This document shows positions 36,051 through 48,975 of a DNA stretch of 64,000 nucleotides, one piece after another. Made by a program: the position numbers and the translations under genes. The DNA comes from Raillietiella orientalis. Taxonomy: Eukaryota. The stretch is from the NCBI GenBank assembly GCA_036172245.1, contig JAYWIR010000001.1:1612001-1676000 (forward strand), read 5' to 3'. How positions within the stretch are numbered: the first letter of the stretch is position 1; the number at the start of each line of letters is the position of its first letter. Below the pieces are notes generated by a model that was not told the origin of the DNA, made no database searches, and was given only the letters and a program-made list of their open reading frames with translations.

Positions 36051-38357
36051 GTCGGAAGGCAGCAACGGCTTCCATCCCGGACCGGGAACGCGTGCGAGAA
36101 TTGATTGCCTGTCCGATCCCGTGCAGGAGGAGAAAAGCGCGTTCTTTTCCTATTCCTCCTTCTCCTCCTTTTGGCTGCTGTTTTCGTTTCGGCGGATTGA
36201 CCGCCTGTGAGAGGTGGAAGGGGGCGAATGGAAAGCTGGCAGACTCCACAAACCCCCAAGACGCGCTGCCGGAGAACACATCCGCGAGACCTGGCACGGT
36301 CGGCTGCCCGAGGCGCAAGCACTTTGCTCTTTGAAAGGCTTATCGTGCGCAGCGTACCGTTCGGTTCTTGTCGTAAAGGTGGAGGGGGGGAGGGAGAGGG
36401 GAGGAGAAGGAGGGAAGAGAGAAGAAAAGGGTTTCTTGTTTGGATCGCTAATTGCTCAAAGGGCAGTCGGTCTCCTGGGAAACGCGTGGAAACTTTCCTT
36501 CTGGCTGCGTGGTTCATCCACGCGACCCGGGAGCGGACCCTTTAGGCTCACGGGAGCTCACGCTGTCAGGGACGCGGCGCGGGCAGCAGTCGAGACCGCA
36601 AGAGGCGAAGGAGTTGCATCCTCTTTGGGCGCGTGGCTTTCGGGAGGTCCGTTGGCGCGGCGCCCGCGCTGGCAACAGCGCGGACGCTCGTCCGGAGCTC
36701 TCCTCGAGGAGAGGCGCGTCCCGGGCGAAGCAGGTCAGGAGCAAGAGTCGGGGGTCGGTCGGGAAGCAGGTGCAGAGGCCGGCCACGCAAGCGTCCTGCA
36801 TCCGCGGAAGCGTCGAGGAAGAACCTACCGGCGGGGACGAAGGGAGGATCTGCTTGCCCTCGGGATCGATCGCAGCCGCTCACCTGCGAGATCTTTTCCG
36901 CTGCAGATTTATGCGTATCTCGGGAGCCCGGAAGGAGCGCCAGGAGAGCGTAGCGGGGAAAGACGCAATTAGGATTTCGGTCGCTGCCGCCCGCGTCTCG
37001 GATTGGCGATCCCCGCGTTGTTCAGCCCTGCCTGTTTCTGCATCAACGGACGATGAACAGGATAATAGAAATCCGTTAGAAGTTTCGAGCTACCTGTGCA
37101 CTTCGCGCTGCCTGGCAACAAAAGCATTCAATAAAGGCGATCAGATAATGGGGGGAGTTCAGATTCGCGGATGGCGCCCAGCGCGCATGTGTACGTTCCG
37201 TGCTTGTTTGCCGCGGATAAAGGGAATGCCTCGGCCCGGTTGTTGCAGCGGGAGCGAACGCTTAGCTGAACCCGAACCGCAACCGAAGAGGATGGGAAGT
37301 CCCGATGGTTGTTTTTCTGCCCCAGTCTTCCCCTCTTTCTTCCCACGCTCGGCTCCGGTTGAAACGATCGTCCGCCCGGATGGGCTGCTCGCCAAGGGTG
37401 TTTTCGCGCGACGAGCCCGAAGAAGGACCGTCGTTCCTTGGCTCCCTTTCCAGCCGCATGTTGGTTCCAGCAGCCCCGATGGAGGAGGACCGGAGGGAGG
37501 CAGGGTCTCCCTCCGGTCCTCGGCCACGTCTTCGGCAGGCTGAAGAACTCCTCCGCGGCAGGGAGGAAGCACGACGCAGAGGCGCGCATCTCTATGGACC
37601 AGAGAGCATGGCCCAACGATCTTCTCTTCTTTGCTCTGGTCAGTTCTGGAGCTGTTCCTCGGGTGCGGGACTCCCGTCAGCAGGAAGAGAAGGGACGTGG
37701 TTGCATGCTCCGTGGCAGTCCGCGCCGAAGACCACCGGGTGGTTCCCACCCCGCTGTCGGCGCGCTTGCTGGGGGAGCTCGCCGACGGAACGAAAATCTC
37801 CCACTCTTCCGTCCATGTAAAAGGGAAACCTGGCCGTTGCCGACGCTGCCAACGAGTGTCTCCTTCCTCGCTTGGTGGACGACCCTCCGTTCTCGAAGGC
37901 GTGGACAAATGGATGGACGTCCGAAAAGTTCTCACCGGTTTCTTGGTGAAGCCGCCGAAGTTGTGCGCCCGGATCCCCTGCGAGGGTGGGGATAGGCCGG
38001 CACCAGCCGAACTTCGACGGGTCCCCTCTCTCTGCTGAAGGAGAATGGGCAACCCCGCCTGCTTCTTGCAGCGCAGAGGCCTCTCTCGAACGGGGATCCG
38101 GGGAACGGGAGGTTCTTCTCTTCCCGGTTCCTTCTCCGTCGCAGTTTCTTCATCACGTTCCTCCTCCCTTCTGCTCTCCTCTCTTTTGTTCCTCTGCCAT
38201 TCCTCTCTTTTATCATCGTGCTCTTATTAGATAAAGCGTTCAAGAGCTGCCTCCTCGGTAAAGAAGCCTCGCTAATCTCGTGGAAACGAATTTATAAAGG
38301 GGTGAAGATCCAAAGATGCGAAACTTTCATGATCTGAAAGACAACTCGTCCGAGAGA

Positions 38358-38399
<42 letters not shown>

Positions 38400-40347
38400 G
38401 TTCTCCGTGGATCCGCAGCATCCAAACACTCTACCCGGCTTGAAAGAAAATTAAAAGTGAAAGGGAAAACAATAAAAATCCGCGAATAGGAAAGGCTGGA
38501 AGGCATGGAGATACAAAGGTGGCTGCTGCTTTTTTTTTTTTTTCCTTCCCTGAATCAATTATTCGGAAGGAACGGGAACACGGTGGTTATCGGCGAAGTT
38601 ACGGGGATGAATAGGTTCTTCTGGAAGTTCGGGAGTGGGAACGCTTTCGGAGAAGAATGGTGGTGGAATGTGGGAACCTCTCTGTCTACACTCGGGATTC
38701 ATTCTGCTCCGTTCCCGAGTCCCGTTCATTGAACACAATGATGCGGTGAGGATGAACGAGGAGGCTCCAGGACAGCTGCTACCGCGCTAATTTATTTCTC
38801 CCGCGAAAGATACGTAAAGAAAAAGAAAAAAAGGATGGATGTTCGGCGATCGACACGCAGGCCAGTGGACAAGCCGACTGGCACGCCGCGGCTCCTGAGG
38901 GTGTTTCCTGTGGATGACAGCTGCGACCTGGCTGCTCGGCTCGCTTCGAGGAACCAGCGCTGCTTTCGGCGGGCGAACGGACGGTGGAAGTCATCGGCTA
39001 GCCCCTGGCAGGTACCCGGGGACACGCTTGCGGCCGACGCGGGGAGACTTCGTCCCGACTGCCCGCAACACACTCCAGAAAAAGCGCTAGCTCGGATACC
39101 CACGATCGGTCCCCGAAAAATTTTTCCGAAGCATAATCCTTCTGCGAGGCGACTCGAACCGTCGTTTCCACGTCTCTTTGCTCGAGGCGCACCTCGTGAC
39201 GATGCTCGGAAGAGACGTCAGCGATGCGCTCCTTTTTCGTGTGTGTGTGTGTGTGTGTGAGGTTGTGGCTACTCCTATGATGGGCCGGAGCCGGGGTCGC
39301 GAACGGCGCCCACCAACGGCGCGCTTTTTTCTTCTGCTGACGGTGCATCCGCGGTTCATGCGAGAGAAACGAAGGCGCCGAACGCTCGAAGCCCTCGTGG
39401 AGCTTCTTGCGTTTCCTCCTCCTCCCTCCACTTGCCGAGAAGGCGTGAGCGGAATAGGTGCAACGGCAAGCAGGGAAGCCATTCCTGGGCTCCGATTCCT
39501 CCCTTTCCCCCCCCCCCTTCTCCTTTTTTTTTGTCTTTTTAAACCCTGATTTTCTGCAACGTCTTTGCTCCGTAGCCACAGACAGCGCAGCTGAACGTTG
39601 CATGCATCTGCCTGCTTCAATGACCTCTCAGCACACGAACTAAAGCACTACGCTCCACGACCCTTAAAGAAAATATAATCAGCAGTCAACCGTAATTCAC
39701 TTCAGCTCCGGCTTTATGAATCCATCATCGCGTCAAGAAACCACGGCGATCCTTAGAATTCGTGCTCCCGTTTTTGCATCCCTCATGGTCCTTTGATCTA
39801 CCTTATTTTATTTTTCCTTTTTAAAGTCGCGATCCGAATTATCCAAATGAATGGGGAAAAGCAGGCGACGCTTCCAGTTTCCCATTCTGTTCGCGGAGGC
39901 CAGCGAGGGCATCACGAAGTGAGCGCCGAAGCTGATTGGTACGCAGCCGACAGAAGCGTCCCCGCCATCATGTGGTGCGGAACGCCCGATCTATAAGCCA
40001 TAGATAGATGGATGATTCCACCTCGCCCCACGCACCCCACGAAAAAATGAAAAAAAATGAAAAAAGCATCTGAAAAAAATGGCCGACACAGGTCAGATTT
40101 CAGTCAGGCTCTTGGGTCACCCACTCGCAACGAAGATGCAAGAGGATACGAAGACGTAAGCATCCGACTGGCACGGATCCACAGAAGCGGGAGGCCTTAT
40201 GGTGGATGCTTGGAAAGGGCGGTGGAACGAGAAGACTAAAGAACCCATCAGCAGCTTCTGAAAAAAAAAAAATGAAGCAAAGAAACAATAGAAAGAGGAA
40301 AGGGAAACTCCCTCGGAAAGATCATTCAGGGAAGAATGCCCTCAGGC

Positions 40348-41293
40348 CTTCTCGGAATTTCGAGTCTTTTCCTCCGTCCATGTCGAAGCCCAGGCGGGTC
40401 GGAGGTTCCCGGGCCGGGTGAGGACGCGCGCCGCCGCGGCCTTGGTTTCCGCGGGAAACCGTCGGCCGGACCCTGCCCCGACTGGCCGCAGGGGACGCAC
40501 CATCGGTCCTGCGCGGAGCTGGGCCGACGGCGCGACGGGATGCGCCTTCCGCGCGAGAGAACACGGGCTTCCCTTTTCGGGTGCTCTTCCAGCTTCATCC
40601 GGCCACCGCGGCTCGCATCCCGCCTTGCATCGGCCCCCGCGCGACGAGACAAACCGGAAGGCTTCCTGCGGAGGAAGGAGGGGCAGCGGACGGGACTTGC
40701 TTTCGCTTTCGCTTCGGAGGCGTCGCCTGCCGTCTCGTTCGCCCGGACCCACGAAGGACCCACGAAGGACCCACGATGGGCCGGCCGGCCGGCCGGTCCC
40801 GGCGGCGAACGGCGCGCACGACCGCGACGCTCCTTCTTCGGCTGACGGTGCAGCACGGCGGCTCTCGCGAGAAGCGGACACGCCCAACGCCTGACGTCCT
40901 CGTCGCGCTTCTTGCCACCATCCTTCCTCCGTCCACTCGCCGAAAGGGCGCGGGCGGAACGAGCGCGCGGCAGCGAGAACCTCGCTCGCGCCAACTGCCT
41001 TCCCGTCCGCGCACCGCCGCGTGGACCCGCACTGGACCGTGCAGTTGGACGGGCGAGAGGTCATCTGGAAGCCGTCGGTAGCGGGAAAGGATTCGACGCC
41101 CGTTCGAAGGCGGAGAAGGAGAGTGGGGCTCGGAGATTTGGGAGGTCCTCAACGCGTGGGCCTTCCGGCTGGGAGTCACCTCGCGCTGGCCAAAGAGGCG
41201 GTGTTCTGTTTCGTCTGTGCTGAGGATTGGAAACGAAAGTTGCTGCTGCTCCTTTGCGGAAGGGAGGAGGAGGAAGGAGGGAAAGGGAAGAGG
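40348..41293 (+). repeat. Copy A (946 bp) of a direct repeat pair (partner 50838..51772)
   Basis: Near-identical to copy B. Copy A has one extra 11-bp unit ggacccacgaa (40745..40776 array). Both copies fade into a purine-rich GA tail. Confidence 0.95.
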
Positions 41294-41559
41294 AAAGGAG
41301 AAGGAAGGGAGGAGAGGAACAGGCTATCCTCTCCCGCTTTTTCCGAAGGGATAAGAAGGAAGGTTTATGGGAAGATGAGAGACACGGCAGGAAGTGGTCT
41401 TCCTTCTTCTCCTCCGCTTGCTTTCCTCCTGCATCCCTTCCATGCGAACTCCGAGTAGAGGTGCCGTATTGAGCTAGGAAGAGGGATGACTAGGATGCAG
41501 TCCTCAAGACGGAGGTCAAGAAGGGTCAAAAGGGTCCGGAAAAAAAACCCTCTGGTCCC

Positions 41560-42230
41560 GCAGGAGGCAAGGGCACTCTGCGGTTAGCTCAGGTGGGGGT
41601 AGAGATGAGTCTGCGTCGCCAGAGGGGTCTCCTCTTCTGGCAAGAAAGCTGTCTTCTAGGAACCCCTTGTCCGGATGAAAAGAAGACGGCCATCTCTTCT
41701 CTGAAGACGTGTCCTTTGCCCCTGCTTGTTTCCTTTTCCCCTCCGTTTCCCCCTTCATCGGTTATGGCGTTCCACACGGCGGGTCGGGGTGCCCGAGGTA
41801 TCTGTGGCGGCAGTGAGGGGAGGAGGGGGGGACAGGGGGGGAGTCAGCGTCCACCCAAAGTCGAGGTGATTCCCATGATCACCGATGGCTGCTGGAAGGA
41901 GCAGCGAAGGAATGACGGATGGAGCTCCTTTAGCCGCTCCATCTCGGAGGAAGAAGTCGGAGGTGACGGCGAAGACGACTGATTCCGGTCGTTCGCTGGC
42001 GCTCTCCGGGGATGTTCAGCGCTCCTGCAGACAGCGGAGCAGGCTGGGCGGTGAAGAGGGAAGGCGACTGCTCAGAAAAGAGGTAGGCATTGGGACGAAG
42101 AGGCGCGCGAGCGGGGGCCGGCACGTTTCCTTCGTCCCGGGGACGGAACGGCGGCCTGTCAGGATGGGACGCGAAGTATCCGGTAATTTACTTAACAGCG
42201 AGGCGAGCTGCCGGGTACCTCGGGTACGTG
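41560..42230 (-). mobile_element. Possible decayed CR1/L2-like APE endonuclease relic
   Basis: Ordered remnants: ITGYFASHPDRP..EGNV (~IxGY..DR..GGGV), QPSVIMG (~xxIMGDFN), GFLEDSFLAR (~LEDxFLxQ). Confidence 0.3.
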
Positions 42231-45200
42231 AAGGAGGAGGAGGAGCGGGGAGAATCAGTGTGGTACTCTGGTGTGAGTACGCGAAGGAATCGGGAGGGAA
42301 AGGCCTTCTCGTTGACAGCGGTACTTCGTTTCGATTATCCTGAGGGAACGAACCATTTGCACCTACACGCGGCGCTCGCGTCATGCCATTACTCATTCGC
42401 TCAACATGATGCTGCATCGAGGTAGCTGGGGGTACTACGGGATGCACTCGGGAGCAGCGCTTCCGCTCGGACTCGCTGCCGCTGGCCGCGCGTTCCTCCC
42501 GCCAGGGGCGCTCACCTGGAGCGGCGGAAAGAGGAAAAGGAGGGGGGAAGAAGAAGGAAGGAGGGAGGAGGAGGAAGAAGAAGAAGGAAGGAAGGAGGAA
42601 GAAGGGAAGAGGAGAAAGGAAGTAGGGGGAAGGGAGGAGGAAGGGAAGAGGAGGAAAGAAGCCGACGCCTCGCGGGCGGGAGAAAGAGATCCGCAGGCGG
42701 CAGAGCAAGAGAAGAGCAGCAGAGGTTCGGAGAGCAGGCGCCAGTGGGGAGCAGCGTCCAATTCCTATGGAAACTGCCTCGAGACCTTCACCACGAAGGT
42801 CGGTGGTGCGCGCCGCGCCCTGCTGCCTTGTAGCGGGAAAAGCTCCGCCGAGAACCCTCGGTTCTTGTCACCTTGAGAACCGCGGCAGGAAGACACGTCG
42901 CTCACGCGTCTCTCCCACGAGTGTTGCTCGTCCTCGCCGCCTTGTCCCTCAGCTCAGGCCAGGGGTCGGCGAGCGCTCGCTTCCCTTTCTTCCTGTAGTG
43001 GGAGAAGCGACAGCAATTCCTCCTTGAGCAGCTTCTGTGCTTTGCCACGGCTAGTTCCTGGCTGCTTTCTGCTGTTGAATTCCCGCTCCCCTTTCCTGAG
43101 GCTCCTGTGGGGACGCTTGATGGGGGTGGAATGTGGGGTGCGGTTGACCGGGCGCCGCGTGCCCGTACCATTACGGGCGACCTGCTGATCCTCGGAAGCG
43201 ACGTCCCTGGAGGGTCCTGGGGAGCTGCCGCGTCTGCGGGCGGGACGAAGGTCCTTTCCGCTTCTTCCAGGGACATCCTGCTGAAAGCCGCAGCCTCCGG
43301 CAGCCCCGGGGAGCGTGAAGTTCCGGGAAAGAACCAGGACCTTGAGGCTGCTGTCGAGAGGCTTTCCCGGCCGGGTGGGAGGTTGCCCCACCCAAGAAAG
43401 ACCCTCTGGGCGTGTGCTCTCCCGGTCTTCCGGCGGGAGTGGCCGCTTTCTGCTTTCAGAGAGCCGGTCTCCGCCGCGGCGGAATGAGCCACGCAGCAAC
43501 GCAGGGGTGGAGGCGACCCCTGCGCTGGGCTGCGCCGCCTGGAGGGCAACAGCAGAGACAGGCGGGGAGAGGAAAAAACAACGTTCGCGAAGGCGGCAGC
43601 AACAGCAGAACTTGACTGAGGGGACCGCGGAAGGGATCCCCTGGTCGACCTCGCGCCTCCCTCCCTCATGTCCTGACTCGCGCTCCCCATTCACTCCCCG
43701 TGGATCTCGCAGCCTAAGCTCGAGCGAGGGGTGTTTGAGGGAGCCCCATGTTCCCGTCCGGGCGGAAAGGGAAAGTGGAGCGTCGGCGGATCCGCAGCCT
43801 CCCCGCCGACTCCCGGGAGCGGGAAGGCGGCACGCGTGTGGCAACTCCAACCCCTTCGCCCTTCGCGTGAAGGCTTTCTCGACCCCGTGGGGAGCTTCGG
43901 CCGGCCGGGGAGGAGGCGCCGGTCTCAGCAGGTCTCCTGCCTCTGCGGCGGTGTCGGCATCTCTCAGATGCTTTCCGAACTACGGGGCCAGAGCGACTGC
44001 TCGCTCCTCACCCTCAGTGGTGGTGGGCGTGGCCGGAAGGGATGAGTCCCCCCTGCCTGGGGTTGCTCACCGCCTCAAGGTGCGACAGGGAAAGAACGCA
44101 GTTTAGGCAGCCCACGGTATCGCCGCCTGGCCGCGAGCGCTCCCGGGTGAAAGGGCAGGAGGAGGTAGAGGGTGACGATGATGGCGGTGCGACGAGTCGG
44201 CGGGAGGCCTCGTAGTGAGGACCCAGCACCCCAGAGGCCATCCCGATGCCCGACGGAGCTGCTGAAGCTGGGTAGTCAGCAGCACGGGTCAAACTGCTGG
44301 CTCTCGCTTCGGCCAGTTGCCGTGGAGACCTGCATGCGAGGGGGGAGCAGGAGGTGAGTGAGCTGTCGCGGTTCCCTTGGAATGCGCGCACGCTTCGCTC
44401 GCGGCCCGGTAGCTGCACTCTGACGGGCACTGTCGATTCTGCTTTTCTTTTTCTCTTCTTCTTCTCCTGCTGATGCTTTTTCTTCCTCTTCTTCCTCTTT
44501 TTCCTCCCTCTCCTCTTCTCCTTCTGCTGCTGCTGCCGCTACTACTCCTGCGTTTCCCATCCTCTTCCTCTTCTGCTGCTTTCTCATAGAGGCGAACGTT
44601 GAGGGGCGCGCGCGAACAAAAAAGGAGAGCAGGTCTCTCGGCAACACGGCTTCCTGCCGAGGTTTCGCCGCGGGAGAAACATCCCGCCGAGAGTTCCCAT
44701 CCGCGCCTGTCACCAGCGGCCACGGAAGATGATGGTCCTCTCTCCGGCAGCTTCCCGCGCGGCTGCCGCTTCCGGGAGGGCATCGGCGCCCTGCGTGCTG
44801 TCCGCGGCGCGTTTCCCGAGGGTTCCTGGCCGCGCGATCGGTCACCTCAAGGGAGCACCATCTTCTCGGGGTGCTTCTCCGCCGCCTGTCCCCACTTCCT
44901 GCCCGCCCACGGGGAGGGCTCTACCCCCGCAGAGCCCAAGCAGGGGGTAAGGCTCTTCAGGGAGTTGGACTCGTGTTCGCGGAGCAGGAAGAGAGCGACC
45001 CCCTCCCAGCGCACCCTTCCCGAGAGAATCGCGCGGCTCCGGACGCTAGCTCCGGTCCCGCCCTGGCTTGCCCCTGGGCGGGGGATGGTAACCCGAGTGC
45101 CTAGACCCCTTCCACGTAGGGCGGGACAGTCGTCCTGAAGGGCGGGTGGGAGGATCTGCCATTTTGGGCGCGCACGCGCGCGGGGTGCAAAGAGGGGCGT

Positions 45201-45939
45201 GGCGAGAGGTCGCGCGGTCCACCTGCCGCAGGGGAAAGAGCTGGATAGAAGGGCGGCAACCGGGAGCACCGACTCGTCTGCTGCGGTAGGCGATTCGGTG
45301 CGACCTACGAGCCCTCGGGAGGTCCCAGGGGTGGAGTCGGGGCCTCTCCTGCTGCGGGCTCCTCGACGAGAGGTCAAGAGGCGCTGGTGGCCGCCTCGCG
45401 CTCTACCGGGACGCTGCCTTTGTGTTGGGCTCGAGCACCATTCCGGTCAGGGCCGGCGGGGCAGACCGAGGCGCGGATCGGTCCACCGGTCCAGGAGGAG
45501 GAAGGAGTCCGAAGGGATCCTGTGCTGCTGCCGCCACATCGGCGTCGGGGAGAGTTGGTTCCACCCCCCCTTCAGCAGGGAGCGCCGGGTCGGAAGTGCG
45601 AAGCGTCTCTCGCTGCATCGGGTGTGCTTCTTTAGGCTCACTGCCCGCTCAACTACCGCCGAGCTGCGCGTCACGCAGTGCTGACGACCGCTTGTCACCT
45701 TGCCAGGTAGCCGGCCGTCGGCCATGTGTGCCCCCCTCCCCCAGCCACTCCCGTTGTCCAACCAATCCAACTGGGGTTCCCTGCCACTTTCTCCGCTAGT
45801 GGTGCACCTCAGTGCCCCCATGGGGGCTGGTACCCAGGAGCGAACTGGGTCGGGTCGCCTAGACCGCAGAGTGACTCCGACTCCTCGCTACCACCTACTC
45901 CCACTCTTCCCGCAGGGGCGCTCCCAATCCGCTTCGACT

Positions 45940-46170
45940 CCTCGGTGAGGACACCCCACCACGTGCCTATATGGAGTCCAAGGGCGGAGGCACAAGACCC
46001 ACCCTCCAGAAAAGGACCGACAGTCACGTGAGATGCACCACTCCTTCCCCTCCATTTCATCTTGTCCTGCCATTGGGCGGTCAGTGTCAGGATGCGGTCG
46101 CTGAACCTCCTCGCCTCTTCCGCGAATGTGCGCATCCATCGGGAAACCACCACAGACTTTCCCCCACAGC
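45940..46170 (-). mobile_element. Possible decayed RTE-like APE endonuclease relic
   Basis: VVVSRWMRTFAEEARRFSDRILTL resembles the RTE segment GxxVxxxx...ISDRIxxL. Confidence 0.3.
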
Positions 46171-46344
46171 AACCAAGTCTTCTAGAAGACGTCCGGACTC
46201 GGGTTCCTTATCAACGTTCGAGTATCCTTCGAAATCCGCAGAGAAGTTCCTGCGAGAGCTGAGCTGCGAACCTTCTGGAAAAGTTCCATCCAGTACGTGA
46301 AATCATGAACCTCACCTAGAAGCCGAGGTGAAACCTAGAAGGAC

Positions 46345-46430
46345 CTTCTTTAGGACTCTCCTGAACTCGTTAACACACCTAGAAGGCGTCTTCTAGGTGT
46401 CTTCACGAGTTCAAGAGAGTCCTAGAGAAG
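46345..46430. repeat. ~86-nt imperfect palindrome (fold-back / MITE-like)
   Basis: taggactctc-c-tgaactcgt-taac-acacctagaag [gcgt] cttctaggtgt-cttc-acgagttca-a-gagagtccta; the arms are reverse complements with few mismatches. Confidence 0.85.
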
Positions 46431-48264
46431 TCTTCACCTACAGCTCTTCACTTCGAAAAGAGTTCTTCACCTCAAAGAAAATTGTCTTCACTCTGAAGCC
46501 AGGCGACCAAAGCATAACCAGAAGCCTTTTTCGTCGACGGATGCAGGATGCAGCTGAAAACTGCGGGATGTTTGGTGACACGCAAACATCTTCGGCATCT
46601 GGAAGCGAGCAGCCGCAAGTACGGATTCCCTGAATGCTTGAAGGACACCCTGAGTTGAGGAACGGAGTGATTCCTCCTTGGTTGAAGCTCTGGAGGTCGG
46701 CGAGAGGATGTCTATGCGCCAATTGTGGCTTGAAGGCTCTCAAAGGTGCGCCACGAGTGATACGCGCCCTCCCTTCCGCCTCCACCTTACCTCTTTCCAG
46801 CAGGCGCGCGGAGGCGACGCACCCAGCCACACTCTCTCGCATCCCGCGGCCCCTCCGTGGAATCCTGCTAGAGCGGCCCCAGGCTTCTTGAACCCGGTTC
46901 TTCCGGCAGCCACACGGGTGGCTGCTGGGAAGACCGTGAAGTGCTGCAGGTTCTTCGGTTCTCAGCTGCTACCTGCCAGGATGCGGGAGCGGAGGTCGTC
47001 GCGCCTCGGGGCGAACCTCTGTCACGTGCTTTCCATGCAGCCCAGCTGCGGGACGCTTCCGGCGAAAAGACGAGAAGAATCGGTTTCAAGATGTTGCCTC
47101 TTTCCAAGCTCCATTCCCTCTCTGCCAAGAGGGTGCGGTTTCGCTCGCCTCGCCACCTCGGCTCCTTCGTTTCGTCGGAAACCGAAGGACAAGGAAAAAA
47201 AAAAAAAAAATTCTTTTTCTTTTTTTTTCCAAAAAAAAAGGGTGTGTGTGTGGGGGGGGGGGGGAAGGGACAAACCATCCGTGCAATTTGCAGGACGCGA
47301 AACTCGGAAACGCGCGCTGCGCGGTCGCATAAATCCACACCATCCGCTTTTCGCATAAATCTGCATCCGTGCTGCCGAGGCACTTTTATTGCTCGCGCGC
47401 ACAAAAGCGCTTGGCGGTTTATTTTTACCACTCCGAGTGGCTTCTCGCTCGGCCGAGAGGAGGGCCGGGATCGCTGCGGCGCCACGTGGTCGTGGCTCTC
47501 CTGGAGGAGGCGCGCGCGGAGCGGTCCTGGAGCCGCGTCCCCCTCCCTCCCCCCTCCCTCCCTCTCTCTCTCTCTCTCTCCCAGCACCCTGCGCGCCCCC
47601 GGGGCAGCCGACACCGGGCGGCCTCCGCGAGCATCCGTCCACCCGCGCCGCTGGCGCGCGCCTCCCCCCGTCGACCGGAGCGATCCGCCATAAACTCCGC
47701 GCCTCCGTGGGAGAAGATGAACCGCATTCTTCCACCGCTCGCTTGCATCCGAGTCGCAGCTCGCGAGCGAACTCTTTGCTTTCCGCGGGAAGACACCTCC
47801 GCTGCTCCAGCGCCGCCTCCGAAACACCAACAGCTCCGGAGTTCATTGCACGCACAAAGGGAAGCAGGCGGATTAATTGGGGTCAGGAATTCTTCAGCGC
47901 CGAATTAACGGGTAGCTGAGTGAATATATTTTTAAAACGTCCAAGCGTTTCCCTCCGCCTGGAGTCCGAGGCAGTTCCGCCAGCATCCAATTTGCGCTGC
48001 TCCCATAAAAAGATTTCTGCTCACCTATAAATAGACAGGCAGCATCCGAATCTTTTCCCCCCGTCGTGGGATACATCTGCAAGTGGGAACTTTGGACGAC
48101 GAGTAAATTCAGATCGCATCAGCCCACTTGTGGTCCCACGGCCCGCGGGCCCCCTATTCCGCCGAAATTTCTCGTACGTGCGTGCGCGTGCACCACGGCT
48201 GAGGGACGGCCCCGAAAAAAGGAAACGCCATCCGAAATTTCTTTCCTTCTCTCTCTCTGTGTGT

Positions 48265-48975
48265 GTACGTATGTACGTATATATGTATGATATATATATA
48301 TATATATATTGTCGTTTCGTGTCCTATATCCCTGTATCCGTGTATATATCGAAACTATAGGGAGAGACTATATGTGTATGTATAATCTATCCATCTATCT
48401 ATATCTATATAGGCATCTTCAGATAGATAAATATATATATAGAGAGACTATATGTATAGTCTCTATCTCAATGTATAGGTGGTCTCTCTTTATATATATA
48501 CATATATATGAGAGAGAAAGAGATGATGTATATATATATATATATACGCATCTATAGATATATATATGTTTATATATATATATATATATATATAAAGAGA
48601 GACATCTATAGACAGATAGATACATAGAAACTATCTATCTATTTACAGATACATATCATATATGTATGTATATATATATATATATACATTGATGCATACA
48701 TATAATACATCTATGCCGTTTTCTATGTGATGTATATGTATGTATACATACACATACATCTATAGGTAGATAGATAGATAGCAGCTATGTATCTATCTAT
48801 GTATTTATAGATATGTATCTATATCTGTAGATATGTATGTCTCTCTATATTTATATATAGACCTCTATAGATACATAAATAAATAGATAGATGGAGACTA
48901 TATATATATATACATACATACATATAGTCTATGTATAGTCTCTCTATCTCCATCTATCCATCTATATATATAAGT
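48265..48975. repeat. AT-rich compound microsatellite (TA)n/(TAGA)n/(TATG)n
   Basis: Read directly from sequence. Confidence 0.9.
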
